A stretch of DNA of 64,000 nucleotides from Babesia bigemina. Lineage: Eukaryota. The stretch covers positions 682,001-746,000 of the forward strand of contig NC_027218.1 in the NCBI RefSeq assembly GCF_000981445.1, written 5' to 3'. The position numbers and the translations under genes were made by a program. Position 1 is the stretch's first letter; each line of letters starts with the position of its first letter. Positions 34,352 to 46,223 of this stretch are shown here, piece by piece. Under the pieces are notes generated by a model. It saw nothing but the letters and a program-made list of their open reading frames with translations, had not been told where the DNA came from and searched no databases.

Positions 34352-34733
34352 GACCCTTACACGGACCTGCAACGATGAACAAGGTGCTTCTACTGCACGA
34401 TGGATCGCCCATAGGAACACACGGCATCCTTTGGGGTTCGTATCGTCAGTGAATCGAAATGTTCCGCAACTTTCTGAAGCGATGGCTAACCCATGGCACC
34501 TTGAAATTTATTTAATCATAATTTGCTAGCACCCTTCTTGACAAATAAATGCATCACATTTAAAGATTCGACGGCGATTCTTTTGCCCTGTTGATTCAGA
34601 GTGACTCGGTGCGCAGGATGTGTCGCTCGTTGCGGCCGGCATTGGCGCCTGCCTTCGCACACCACTTGCATCGGATACCGCGGTTGGTAAACGCATTGTA
34701 ATTGAGGATAGAGGAGTAGTGAGGTTCTTCAAA

Positions 34734-36424
34734 ATGGCTGGCTGGGTGTGCGACGTTTGCCTGGTGCCTAACGACGAGGATGTCGCGGCGTGCTGCTGCT
34801 GCACGACGCCTAGGCCTACAGGCGCCCCTTCTGCGCCATCTAATGGTAGGTTGCCCTTTGCATGGCCACTAAGCGTCTGTTGTTCGTGGAATCTCGCGCC
34901 GTTGCCTCTGTGACATCTGTTGGCTTCCGCAGCCGAGAGCCGGCCTAAGCGTCTACTCAGAATATATGTCACGCAGGCGGGACCAGCACGACGGTACAAG
35001 TTTCTGAGAGCGTGGATAACTCGCAGCCGGAAACAAAAGACGTCAACAAAGATGTGAAGCGCATTCGGTACTCATTCCCATCATCCGAACTGCCACTTAG
35101 CTGCATTATGGTCGTTGGATCTTCTGAGGTCGACCAGTTGCCGCGGTCGATTTGCGACTCGGGTTTGGAACGAGGCAGCAAAAACAAGGTGTCCCTCTAT
35201 GAGTGCTCGCTGCCAACGCCAGTGACGGAGGGGATACGTGGCTGGGTGTCCTCCGTCGCCTGCGGCTCGCTTCACACCGCTGTCGTAAGTCGCACCGGCG
35301 AGGTATTCACTTTCGGTTGCAATGACCTTGGAGCACTGGGAAGATCAGAGAATGACACTGATAAAGATTCGCTGGCGGAGTGCAACCCCTGCCCCGTGCG
35401 GCTGCGTCACACGGTGTCCCGAGTCTCTTGCGGCGATAACCACACGTTGTTCCTCACCACCAGCGGCGCAGTGTTCTTCACCGGCGCCTTCAGGGACACG
35501 CAAGGAAATATTGGCATCGCAGATTACGACGAGCTGGAGAAGCTCACCAATGCAGAGCACTTCAAAACCCCGGTTATGTTGCCGTTCATCAGCCATGGCG
35601 ATAATCCAATAAAGGATATTTGCTCGGGTGAGAACCACTGCCTCCTGCTGCCCACCGACGGGTCCGGTATCTACGTGTTTGGTAGCAACGAGTTTGGTCA
35701 GCTGATGCTGCCGTCAGGGTACGCCATAACGACGCCAACTGAAGAGAAGCCGGATTTGTCAAGTGAAGAGACGATGAAGCTTGCCTTGACGTGGCCGCAG
35801 TTCCTAAATGTGGATGATTTGGGTCTGATGAAGCGCCGGCCCGGCGGCGAGGCCAAACGCCGCAAGCACGGCGATGAATTCGTGAGCCGCATATTCACGG
35901 GGTACTGCACCAGCTTCTTCGAAACGGGGGTTAGTCGGCGCATCTACGGCAGCGGGCGTAACGCCCAAGGTGAACTGGGTACGGGCGGCGATGAGCTACA
36001 ATTGTCGCACCCTACCGAGTTGGTCGGTCTGCGAGGGTTGCGCATCTCGAAGATTGTTGGTGGGCAGTTCTTCACCGTCGCGCTTACGACAGGCGGCAAT
36101 CTGTACAGCTGGGGCAACCGTTCATACACGGGCACCGGAAGCGATGATGACTATGCCACCCAACGCACCCCAGCCAAAATTCAGTTCTTCAAGGACAATG
36201 TCCGGAACGTCTTTGTTGGCGCGGATGCCACTTTTGCCGTTGTCTCTCACGGCAAAGTCTACGCATGGGGGTCTGGGCAGAACTATGTTTTGGGCAACGG
36301 TAAGGATTGCTTGTTTCAGAAGACCCCGGAGCTTGTGCCGAAGAAACATTTCCGCGGCCACAAAGTGGTGGGCGGCATGGGTGGATCTCAGCACACCGTC
36401 TTTTTGTGTCGTAAGAAAGTATGA
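34734..36424 (+). CDS. RCC1: RCC1-repeat protein with N-terminal RanBP2-type zinc finger (probable RanGEF RCC1)
   Basis: WVCDVCLVPN...CCCC, intron 34846-34976 in frame, repeats CGSLHT/FGCNDLGALG, CGDNHT, SGENHC/FGSNEFGQL, GRNAQGELG. Confidence 0.82.
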
Positions 36425-36471
36425 TTGTTATGCAATCTGCGAAATCACTGGTACTACTGTGCAAACTAAAT

Positions 36472-38550
36472 TTAGTATGCAGTCGTTATGTTGCTAGTGT
36501 ATTGTGGGCAGCGTCTATTTGCAACTCCTGCATGCTATTAGCCTATTTCAATGAATCGCTCACCAAGCCTGTTCCGATGGAGATCGAAAACGACCGCGTT
36601 CTGCTTGAAGAAAGTGGCGCCCAACACGTTGTCGTCGGTTCCGGCCTCTATCCCCAAGCACCACCAATAGTCGCCGTCTTTTTGGCTGCATTACATTATA
36701 GCGGTTGCGGAGCTCTGAACGTACGTGGTAGTCCTGCGTATGAAGTATGACTCTGGTTTCCACTGTATTGTCTTGCCCCTACATTTCATTGGCGACGTTA
36801 GTTACGTACAGCACAGTATGCATATTTTGCTTGCAAGTTCTCATATTTAGTGGAACAAGCACGTTGAGATATCCCATGTTAGTATATAACGTTACACGTA
36901 CAAGTAACAAGATGGAAGTGATCTGATGTATGTGTTCCCATACGATAACTCCAATCCTACATTTTGTACTAAAACTACTTGACTACCATTTAGACGTTTA
37001 GGAGTATCCGTCATTCATAATTTACACCGTAAAACATACCCTTGGATGATCAAATCGACGTTTGGCATTTGAGAAATATCCGAAAAGCACAGGTATCCAT
37101 GTTTCTTCTGGATGACGCAGCGACCTTTTGAGAGACTTTTAGATTTAACGGTACATTCACTGTCTGTTGAATCGCCTCGAGCGTCACCAGCGTCATAAAC
37201 CTCGCCTCCGTTATCTGCCGAATGCAGATGGGTGTCGTCATCGTCACCGGCAGATGTTCGAATCGCCTTCGAAAAAACGTTTTGATCCTTTTCATCTGCA
37301 GATTTGAAGAGCAACTGACGTCTGATGAATCGACGAAGTGTACCCTTTCGGCTGTAAAGACGTCTTGTAGTTCTATGGCGCACGACTTCTGCGTTCCTGT
37401 TCATCGAGTTGCATAGCGACATGTAGTATCCGTATATGACACTGTATATTGGCTGCTCGAGGCTGGAGTTGGTAGATCCAGAATCCAAAATGAATCTTCT
37501 ATTGGCAGGTTGTATCGTGGTTCCGCAGAACGTCACCGCATTAACCACTATTGCGTAAGCGCCTCTGCGCATCAGCGGCATCCACAGCAATGGCCCATCT
37601 ACCGATCTATCTTGCTCTAGTATATCGGGATCTTCATTGTCTGTCACACTTTCTTCCAATCCCCCGAATACCAGAGAACCACCGTCTTCAGAGAGGCACA
37701 GCTCAAATCGATGCCTTGTCTTTGCAAAATTATTTTGCAAGAAGTCGTCTACGAAATTCCCATATTTCACGTTACTTACTTCTTTTAATTCATTTGCTTT
37801 TGGTGTTTTTTCGAGCCGTGACTGAGATGCCTCACTAGAGTCATCAGATGAAACCATTGCTGGCCCTAGTCCCAACACTCCGTTGGCCCGCTGCTGATAA
37901 ATGAGTTTGGTTTCCGATATTGTACATCCGAGTTGTGGAAGCATGTACGTTGCATTAGTGTCGGTATCGGTCTTGAACGCGAAATAGTCGGTGGCGTAGA
38001 AGCCGCTGATGGCGCTCTGCTCCTCATACTCCTCGGCAAAAACACATGCATCTTTGATAGCGCCGTTTTGACCCGATGCACCTCCTAATGCAGCACAACG
38101 TGATGAATTCCCGTCTATGTACGACAGTGTTCGAGAAAGCGTCGTGTTGAACGGCTTCATGTCGTGATGGCCGCAGTGGCGGCATTCTGAATCCGCCAGG
38201 ACAAGGTTCGCGGATCCGGTGTCCACAACAACCTCCTGGCTTTGTGGCGGCGTTCCAACTTCAACAACAGTGTAATAATAAGCCAACTCTTGAAGATTGC
38301 CGTAGAGCATAACATGAATGGGTTTCGAGAGTTCACATTTCGTATCGGCGTCTTCATGCACGGCATGATCCAGTCGGCGCTGTTCCACGCATTTATCAAA
38401 CGTTTCATCGCGATTACACGTTGAACATGCTGCCACTACCGGTGGCAGATGTATGTAAAGCAGCAAAAGTATCGCAAGTGATACAGGCACAGCACTCAGG
38501 CGTTTTTTCTTATACGTGACAGCCATCAGATTACTGATGCCAAGTGACAT
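36472..38550 (-). CDS. Plasmepsin V / ASP5-like aspartyl protease, 4 exons
   Basis: Signal-like N-terminus, DTGS and DSGS catalytic motifs, YEEQSAISGFY, LGC..ET.LIYQQ.ANGVLGL. Introns 36779-37039, 36686-36724 and 36528-36563 add WKPESYF, WCLGI, LGATFFKQNAVVFD, RCP. Confidence 0.85.
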
Positions 38551-39937
38551 AATGTTACTCAAAAACGCGCCATATACGTACTGCTATGCGCCATTATCTG
38601 TGTACGCTGCTAATTAATTGCTGAAAAGCTAAATCTGCGGCATGGAAGATTCCGAGCATCGAGGAGCCACGGATCATATCAACAAAAACACATTGTTGTC
38701 TTATAGTCAACACCTGTCAATGCTCACCAAAGCACGCCATTATGGTTGCCATCTTGGTCTAAATTAGGCTTCCTTGAGTTACGCGAGAAAACTTGACTCA
38801 TTGGAAGGCAAACTTCAATCGAGGCAACGGTGTGTAAAATAATTAATACACCGAAACTATTGTCCAACCTTCTATAACAGTATTAACAGCTGCAACAGGT
38901 ATGATTCAGATGTTAGCACTGTGATGTGTCGCGAAGATATGTATATTCTGGATGCTGTGTGTAGCCTCGTTGATCGAAGGAACCATGCGCATTTGTAAGA
39001 CAATTTTTGGTATCTGGCCGTTGTGCTGAAATCTAATATTGTTACAAGTGCGGTATAGAAGCGGTAGAAACATGTATTCGACCGATAAGTCAGCTGCTGC
39101 TAACTCGTTCCTTGCTCTACACGGTGAGCATTGCCTGAATGGTACGTTGTCGCCTTCTACGTTTACTAATAACAAGGGGTATATAATATTGTCTATTTGA
39201 ACCAACTGTGAGTTATTATGCCTCTCACAATCGCTGGTCAACGTTATCGCCGACTTGACCGCCTCAGTTATTAGACTTTGCAGAAGGCGGTACAACCAAC
39301 AGTAAAATAGACAACACGAGTACCTAGTATACAATGGTTGTTGTGTTTATATTTATCGCATAGATATCGCTTCATACATTCACTTTTAAAGGTGTACTCA
39401 ATTTGAGCTGCAACGTTTGTACACCTAAAGCGCCGCAGTTCGTACGGCGTTGCAATGGCATCAAGACGCTCTTATATTTGTAATAGACATGATGATTTTC
39501 AGCACTGATTTGGGCAAAATAGATGTCTGTATGTCTTAGATTCGCCAACTTGTGTATGAGTGCAGGCGGCCCATATGCCATGCGCGGTGTCCACAGACAA
39601 CGCGTAAACAAACATTTTCGTCGCACAAGTGTACCGAGGTGTAACTACACGTTATTTTGTGACATTAGATAAAATTTCGCTTGTCGCGATTTAGATTTTG
39701 CGGGCGCCGGACCCTCTTAGGCGTCCTTAGTGGCCGGCGTACGGACTGCTGCCACTTAGGGTGGTACATACGCCAGATTCCTACGCCATGTGTATCTATC
39801 AGATTGTTAGACACAACTGTGTATCTGGAAGGTCCACGTTGAGTCTACGCTCGGCGTGATTATCGTGTTCGTAGCCGTGAGCAAGGTGTGTGACCACTTT
39901 TCGGGAATCCGAGGAGCCGCGTCTTACCGATTCCGCA

Positions 39938-42900
39938 ATGGCGGATATGTGGAGGGAGCATCGCGTTGCGTGGCTTTCTGGCGAGAGAAGCGCCCTTTTC
40001 TCAAGCACGAGCCACGCTCAAAGCCTCCCTACGAGACAGCAGAACCTGCTGTACAAAATGGAGGCGCGAGAAGACCGCCAGCCTGGTCTGTGGAGACGGA
40101 CGGCATTTGACTCGTCGAAAACGGAGCCACCGACTTCGTTTCTGAGTCCTCAGCCTGCACGAGCATACCCTCGTATGATAGAGCTGTCCTACAAGCCTAC
40201 GCCTCGCAAGACGGAGCCTGCTAGTTATGGGACACCAAACCATGTGTCTACCACAAGTCGCATCCCAAAATGGATTTCTAGGTACACAGATCAATCTCCA
40301 AGCACTTCCAAAGTCGTGACAGCAAGTTACGCGGAGCCTAAACCAACTACACCGAATGCAGTTATTCCAAATGATGTGAAAGCTGTGCCAGCTAACCCTT
40401 TAGCACCTACTCGTCGTTCAAAGCCTGTGGTAAGCTATATAGACGTCGGGTTGAACGGGCAGAATGGCGGCACAACCCCGAACAAGTCTGACTTTGTAGG
40501 TGTCCACAAAGACCCCGAAGAACCCCCGAAGGGCATTCTCCATGCAACTCGTTTCTTTGAACCAGATGTAGATAAAAAGGGTGTCGATGAGGCCAAGTAT
40601 AGAGTTCCAACTGAGCCTACGGTTCCAAAAGAGCATCAGGATGCACTGGCGATCACTATGGGTGGTGCGAACGACTCAACCCTGACTGTCCAGCTGGTGG
40701 ATGAAATCGAACCTCACGCATTTTCTAAGGTGACCAATAAATGGGGGGCAGTGACACATGAAACGACTGCAGATGACGGTGCCACGTCAGATCCGCTGGC
40801 TACGTTAAGGGATCTTGAGGTGCCCTTGAATAGCTCGCTCGGCTATTCCGGTGACGAGAACGTCGTAGAAACCGCAAGGACCCCAATCAAACACATATCA
40901 ACCGTGATTGGCAACCCATTCACAATATTTCGGCTGAAGCACGCTCGCAGTGCGGTCAATGTCACTGAGGAGGACCTGGCTGCTTTGAAGGCTACTATGT
41001 TCGCAAAGCGACATTCTCCGGATGACCTGCTCTCCTGCTTCAAGGCCTCCATATCGGTGACTAACATCCCCATGATGGATATAATACTGAGGTTTTTGTG
41101 CGATGTGATGCGTAGCGACGTCTCTCAACGAGAGCTGTGCGTGCGCATGATGGAGACCGCATTGGTGTACCACCCCGACGAGCTGGTGAGGTGCTTCTCG
41201 TGCACCTACATCCCGTTTATGTTTGACCCGGAACTCAATGACGACGTAGGAGGTAGCTTCATGAGGCTTCTTTTGTCCTACAAGGCCACGTTCGTGGCCC
41301 CGGGTATAACTGATGACAGCTTGCCCGTCTGCGTTGACAGGAGAGGGAGGCTGTGTTACAACATTGAGGAGTCTGATCCTGCCGACCGCTACTACGTCGC
41401 GCATCGAAATCGCAAAATAGACACGTTCGGTGAAGCAAGTGACGATGTGAGTGGCACAAACACTACATCCGATGCACCATCGGGGCTGGACTACATTGGT
41501 TGCGGCAAAATCGAATCCATGGTGCTTCTTAAGATATGTGCCGATAGAGCCAAAGTTGAGTCTGTGTTCGACATTCCGGCATCCAGACTGCGGGATTGGT
41601 TGTGTACGATTTGGTTTGAGCTACCCGCCACGAGACCCTGCCTCCCGTTGATGCGGTTATGCATCCATTGGATAGACTCACGGGAGGATTCAACATTTCT
41701 GAAAGATGCAGCATTTGCACTTGTTCAGAAGGAGCTGTCGTTGTTGGGTGAGTTTCAGGGAGGAAGGCTTGTAATGCTGGAGCTGTTGTCGTTCATGGTT
41801 GAGCGCAACGGCGACGCCAGCGCCGAGTTGAGCAAGATAGTTGACATCGTCGCAGAAGGCGAAGAGAACACGCTCTATGCGATAATGGATTCCATAGTAT
41901 CCTACAACTTGCTGGAAAGCGACATGTTGGATCTGTGGTGTCTGCTGTGTATCCTGCCGTGGCCTGTGGCCTCGCCGACCAGCGCCATATGCCGCCTCTT
42001 GTCGAGCACGTTTTTGATATTCTACCAGATCGCATATGATGCTATTAAGTCAGGGTCTGGGCAGGACCGATTCTCGTCGCCTCCTATGGCCCTCCTGGAG
42101 AATGCGCTTAGGATATGCACCTGTCGTTGCTCCTCACCCGTGCTGGCCAAGGGCGCGCTGATGCAAACTATCATGTTGGTTGAACTGTCACCCTTGCCAG
42201 CTCTGAAGATGAAGAATGCCCCCTTGATCCTTTCCAGTTTGTCGCCGTTTTTGTGGAAGTGCTACTTCGTGTGGTCCAACTGCGGCCGCGACGTCGACCC
42301 GGACAACCTTACTGCGCTACGCCACCTCTACGATTCGTTGCGCAGATGCGTGTTCTGCGAGCCGTTATCCAGCGCTGATCGGAACATCACTACTCGGACA
42401 CTGCCCATGTTCCCTCGCATACGCTTTACCACGAATGAGGGTGACGAGGATGATGTGAACATCAGCAACTTCATCGGCACTACCACGCAGGTTATCAGCA
42501 CAGTTAGCGCGCCAGAACCGGAAGAGGAGTTCGATTATAGCTATGCTCCCCAGGAAGATTCGGCGGTGGACGATGTGCCGAATGTGTTGCCGTTGGAGCA
42601 GCCAAGGGGGATTCGCAACCTCGGCAATACGTGCTACTACAATTCACTGTTGCAAGCGCTATTCCACACACGGAGTTTCGTTAAAGGGCTGTTTGATCTG
42701 TCATCCAGTAATACGACCGTTGCCGTCTACCAGCGTCTCTTCCGCAAGTTGCTGAAGCGTGGCAAGAAGCCGTTCGACCCAAACCCCGGCTACAAGCTGC
42801 TGCCCGCAGCGTGGCGCCAGAATTCCGAGCAGCAGGACGTAACTGAAGTGCTCAGCCATCTGTTGGAGTCTCTGGATGAAAGCCTAGAGCTTTGGCGCCG

Positions 42901-43498
42901 CTTGTTCGCTGGCATGGTGGTGCGTCGTATCAAGTGCCTGCATTGCGGCAACATGAGCGACAACCGTGAGATCGTGATGGATTTTACTTTCACGGTGGAC
43001 AACATGTCCAGCATTCAGGCGATGTTCGACGATTTTTGCAAGATCGAGAACTTGCGCGGCGGTAACCGTTACCTGTGCGCCAAGTGTGATGCCCACCGCC
43101 GTGCCGACATGTGGAATGTGATAGCGTCGCCGCCAGCGCACCTCATGGTGGTGCTAAGCCGTCATATGTGGAGCCCGGTGGCGGCGTTGCAGGGGTCGTC
43201 CGGCGGCGCTAGCAAGCTTTTGAATCACGTGCATGTCGACGAGCAGCTACGCATCTGCGAGTTCGACTACACGCTCTACGGGACGATATTCCACTCCGGA
43301 ACGGGTGCTTCGTCTGGTCACTACTACTTCGTGGGTCGTGACAGTGAGGCTCCCAGCAACTGGCACGTCTGCGACGACTCGCAGGTGCGCCCCGCTACCG
43401 CTGCGACTGTGAACGAGATAAGCAAAGACCGTGGCAACTCCCATGTGCCCTACGTGGTCTTCTATCGCTGTTCGCAAGCTCCACTGACGGAACTATAA
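39938..43498 (+). CDS. Ubiquitin carboxyl-terminal hydrolase (USP, peptidase C19)
   Basis: Cys box GIRNLGNTCYYNSLLQAL, QQDVTE, CxxC pairs, His box HSGTGASSGHYY, DDS. Confidence 0.92.
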   Translation: MADMWREHRVAWLSGERSALFSSTSHAQSLPTRQQNLLYKMEAREDRQPGLWRRTAFDSSKTEPPTSFLSPQPARAYPRMIELSYKPTPRKTEPASYGTPNHVSTTSRIPKWISRYTDQSPSTSKVVTASYAEPKPTTPNAVIPNDVKAVPANPLAPTRRSKPVVSYIDVGLNGQNGGTTPNKSDFVGVHKDPEEPPKGILHATRFFEPDVDKKGVDEAKYRVPTEPTVPKEHQDALAITMGGANDSTLTVQLVDEIEPHAFSKVTNKWGAVTHETTADDGATSDPLATLRDLEVPLNSSLGYSGDENVVETARTPIKHISTVIGNPFTIFRLKHARSAVNVTEEDLAALKATMFAKRHSPDDLLSCFKASISVTNIPMMDIILRFLCDVMRSDVSQRELCVRMMETALVYHPDELVRCFSCTYIPFMFDPELNDDVGGSFMRLLLSYKATFVAPGITDDSLPVCVDRRGRLCYNIEESDPADRYYVAHRNRKIDTFGEASDDVSGTNTTSDAPSGLDYIGCGKIESMVLLKICADRAKVESVFDIPASRLRDWLCTIWFELPATRPCLPLMRLCIHWIDSREDSTFLKDAAFALVQKELSLLGEFQGGRLVMLELLSFMVERNGDASAELSKIVDIVAEGEENTLYAIMDSIVSYNLLESDMLDLWCLLCILPWPVASPTSAICRLLSSTFLIFYQIAYDAIKSGSGQDRFSSPPMALLENALRICTCRCSSPVLAKGALMQTIMLVELSPLPALKMKNAPLILSSLSPFLWKCYFVWSNCGRDVDPDNLTALRHLYDSLRRCVFCEPLSSADRNITTRTLPMFPRIRFTTNEGDEDDVNISNFIGTTTQVISTVSAPEPEEEFDYSYAPQEDSAVDDVPNVLPLEQPRGIRNLGNTCYYNSLLQALFHTRSFVKGLFDLSSSNTTVAVYQRLFRKLLKRGKKPFDPNPGYKLLPAAWRQNSEQQDVTEVLSHLLESLDESLELWRRLFAGMVVRRIKCLHCGNMSDNREIVMDFTFTVDNMSSIQAMFDDFCKIENLRGGNRYLCAKCDAHRRADMWNVIASPPAHLMVVLSRHMWSPVAALQGSSGGASKLLNHVHVDEQLRICEFDYTLYGTIFHSGTGASSGHYYFVGRDSEAPSNWHVCDDSQVRPATAATVNEISKDRGNSHVPYVVFYRCSQAPLTEL

Positions 43499-43614
43499 TG
43501 TGAATTAGTTTTTTCTCACGCAGATAACCGCGGTCGTCGCCATGCCTGCCTTGCCAGGCCGGGCGGTTGTCAGCGACATCAGCAAAAGCATTCAGCTGGC
43601 ATCAGCTGTTTACT

Positions 43615-44932
43615 ATGTACGGTGTTATATTTTTAGCGCTGTCAGTTCTTTCTGTGGAGTGTCTATCCGTCCATCGCCCAGGATTCGTCCTTAGGAAGGC
43701 GGGGAACGCCTTCGTCGTTCGAGACCACCGTTTCGGTGGTCGCTGGAGCAACCACGCAGCCTTAAATCAGCAGAGCACCAGTCTAGAAGCCAATGTGTGC
43801 GAGGAATCCGGCAGTCAGACGCGCGATGCGCCTGCTGTAGCCAACAGCTCCAAGACCCTCTACCTGGTGAACCCTCGCGGCTTCTGCGAAGGCGTACGCC
43901 GTGCCATTCGCACTGTGGAGGAAGCAGTGCGTCTATTTGGTCCTCCCGTCTACGTAAAGCATGAAATCGTGCACAACGAATTTGTCTGCAACCGGCTACG
44001 CGTAAGTTACCTGTTCTCATTAGGTAATCTCCGTGTAGGCCAAGGGCGTCATCTTCATAGAGGACCTTGAGACCGTTCCCGAGGGCAGCACGCTCATCTT
44101 CTCTGCGCACGGAGTGTCTCCTGCCGTGAAGGAACTTGCCCGCAAGAGAAATTTTGTCGAAATCGACGCCTCATGCCCACTGGTGAACAAGGTCCACGTC
44201 TACGTCAAGAAGAAGGCTGAGGAGGGGTACAAGATCGTGTTAATCGGTCACAAGAACCACGGTAAGTGCGCAATTGGCTCAATCAACGCTTGCAGTGGAG
44301 ACCATTGGGACAGCGGGTGAGGCGCCCGGCGTAACCACCGTGGTTGAGACCGTTGATGACGTCGACCAGCTAGATTATCCGGAAGGCACGCCGCTGTTCT
44401 ACGCCACACAGACAACACTGAGTCTCGATGATTGTAAGGTAATCAAGGATCGGCTGCTGGAGCGGTTCCCTTGGATCGAGACGATCCCCAGCGGCTCCAT
44501 TTGCTACGCCACCACCAACCGCCAAACGGCGGTGCAAAAGGTCTGCGCTGTTTGCGACCTTATGCTGGTTGTCGGTAGCACGCTCTCATCGAATGCTAAA
44601 AGGCTGCTTGAGACGGCCACCGTGAGGAACATAAGGGGGTACCTGATACCTAATGCGGATGCGGTTACCGAGGAAATGATCGGGAACGCCACCCGTGTGG
44701 CGGTGTCCTCATCTGCTTCAACTCCGGAAGAACTCACGAACGGGGTCGTGGAAAAGCTGGCCAGTCCACCATTCAACTTTTCCGTTGAATTTTTCGACGG
44801 GGGCGAGGAGCGCGTGCCGAAATGGCGATTGCCGAGGTAGGCTTATTCTGGTTTTCGTTTAACAGTTGCAGGAACCTGGAGACGTTCATAAAAGAACACG
44901 ACAGTAAGACTGAAGCAGCGGAGGCGCAATAA
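43615..44932 (+). CDS. ispH: 4-hydroxy-3-methylbut-2-enyl diphosphate reductase (IspH/LytB), probably apicoplast-targeted, 4 exons
   Basis: [44 protein letters not shown]; signal peptide followed by a basic transit-like segment. Confidence 0.95.
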
Positions 44933-45126
44933 TTTATTTATTGGAGTAATGCAGTGGCGGCGGCAGCGACTCCGCATGTGATTGGAAATACACCTAGCGC
45001 AGTAATGGTTCAACAAAAAACCTGTATAGACTTTCAATGTTGCGTACTATCACATCATAAACAAGCATTTTTGTGATTTATTGTTGTACAAAGCCGCGCA
45101 GAGCCCGGGAAACTTCGTCGCTAAGC

Positions 45127-45854
45127 TTATGCGTGGTCTGCGATGATAGCGTGGTTCTGCCAGAAAGCGACCGACTTAAGGTAGGCGTCGCGGTCGAGCC
45201 CAACACCGCTGCCACCCTCCGTGATCATGGTATTGCGGAACATCGTAATTGGCAGCATGGGTATCTCGTGATCTACGTCTTGAGGCTTAATCGAGATGAC
45301 GTAGTAGTCGAACTCGTAATCGCCTTCGTGACCTTCCTGCCTAGCCTCATTCTCCTTGATTACTTGTTCGCGGGAGTATAGGATAACGTCGAGGTACTTC
45401 GCTGGCCCAACCTTGTCTGCCACGGCTGCTCTGGGGAACCACCGAGAAAGTACCGGTAATTCCTTCTCGGTCCGTGCGATATAACCCGATCTACCAAGTT
45501 GTCACGTTCCTTGCGATCCTAACTAACCTCAGTAAATGCTCATTGTCCGCTGTAATAGGCAGAAAGCCCGTAAGGGCTTCTGTGAAGTTCCTCACAAAAA
45601 GGTGCTTGCAAAAAGGAGCGTATCCGTCGGCGAGCTTCGCCATTCCGCTCTGGAAGTGTGAACGCAGCTGAGTGGTGATTATCGATTACAACTCCAATCT
45701 CACCTGATCCAAAAAGTGTTCCTTGGAGCACGGTATGTGATTCGTCTGCCGCTTGTCAAACTGCTTGTAGCAGTAAGCATCTGAAATAGTCTGTATGTTC
45801 CCTAAGGATAAGCCTACCCATGCCAATGGTGAATGCAGGAGTTCCTTCCGCCAT
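45127..45854 (-). CDS. DUF3228-family conserved protein (multi-exon)
   Basis: Spliced reading gives DGYAPFCKHLFVRNFT, YLDVILYSREQ, PMLPITMFRN...GGSGV.LDR. Start uncertain. Confidence 0.8.
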
Positions 45855-46223
45855 GGTTTGGGATGCAGAGTGAACAAATGGAGTCTTTTGCAAAAGATGT
45901 GGCGCAGATCTCACGTTTATGAGCTGAGCATTAAGGAAGAGAGGGATGAGCGATGCGTGTCTAAGGCTTGCTTTGATGTGCATTGATGACGGCACTGTAG
46001 TATCTTTAATCACATGGTGTATGTGGAACTATCGTTTATGTTACGTGAAAATGCGCTACGATGTATCAAATAGGACACATCATGCTGAGGACGATAGCCG
46101 TTAGCCATTGGGTGGCACACACCGTATGTCCTGATTCTGCTCCAGGCAACCTCATCTCGATTTAAAGTCGCTTTCCTGTGCTAATAAAATCGAGGTGTAA
46201 AACGCGAGCTTCACATTACAGCG

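Noticed and set aside
38906..39626. 142-aa and 84-aa minus-strand ORFs between the protease and USP genes
   Set aside because: No recognisable motifs and no convincing splice model; a divergent gene cannot be excluded.
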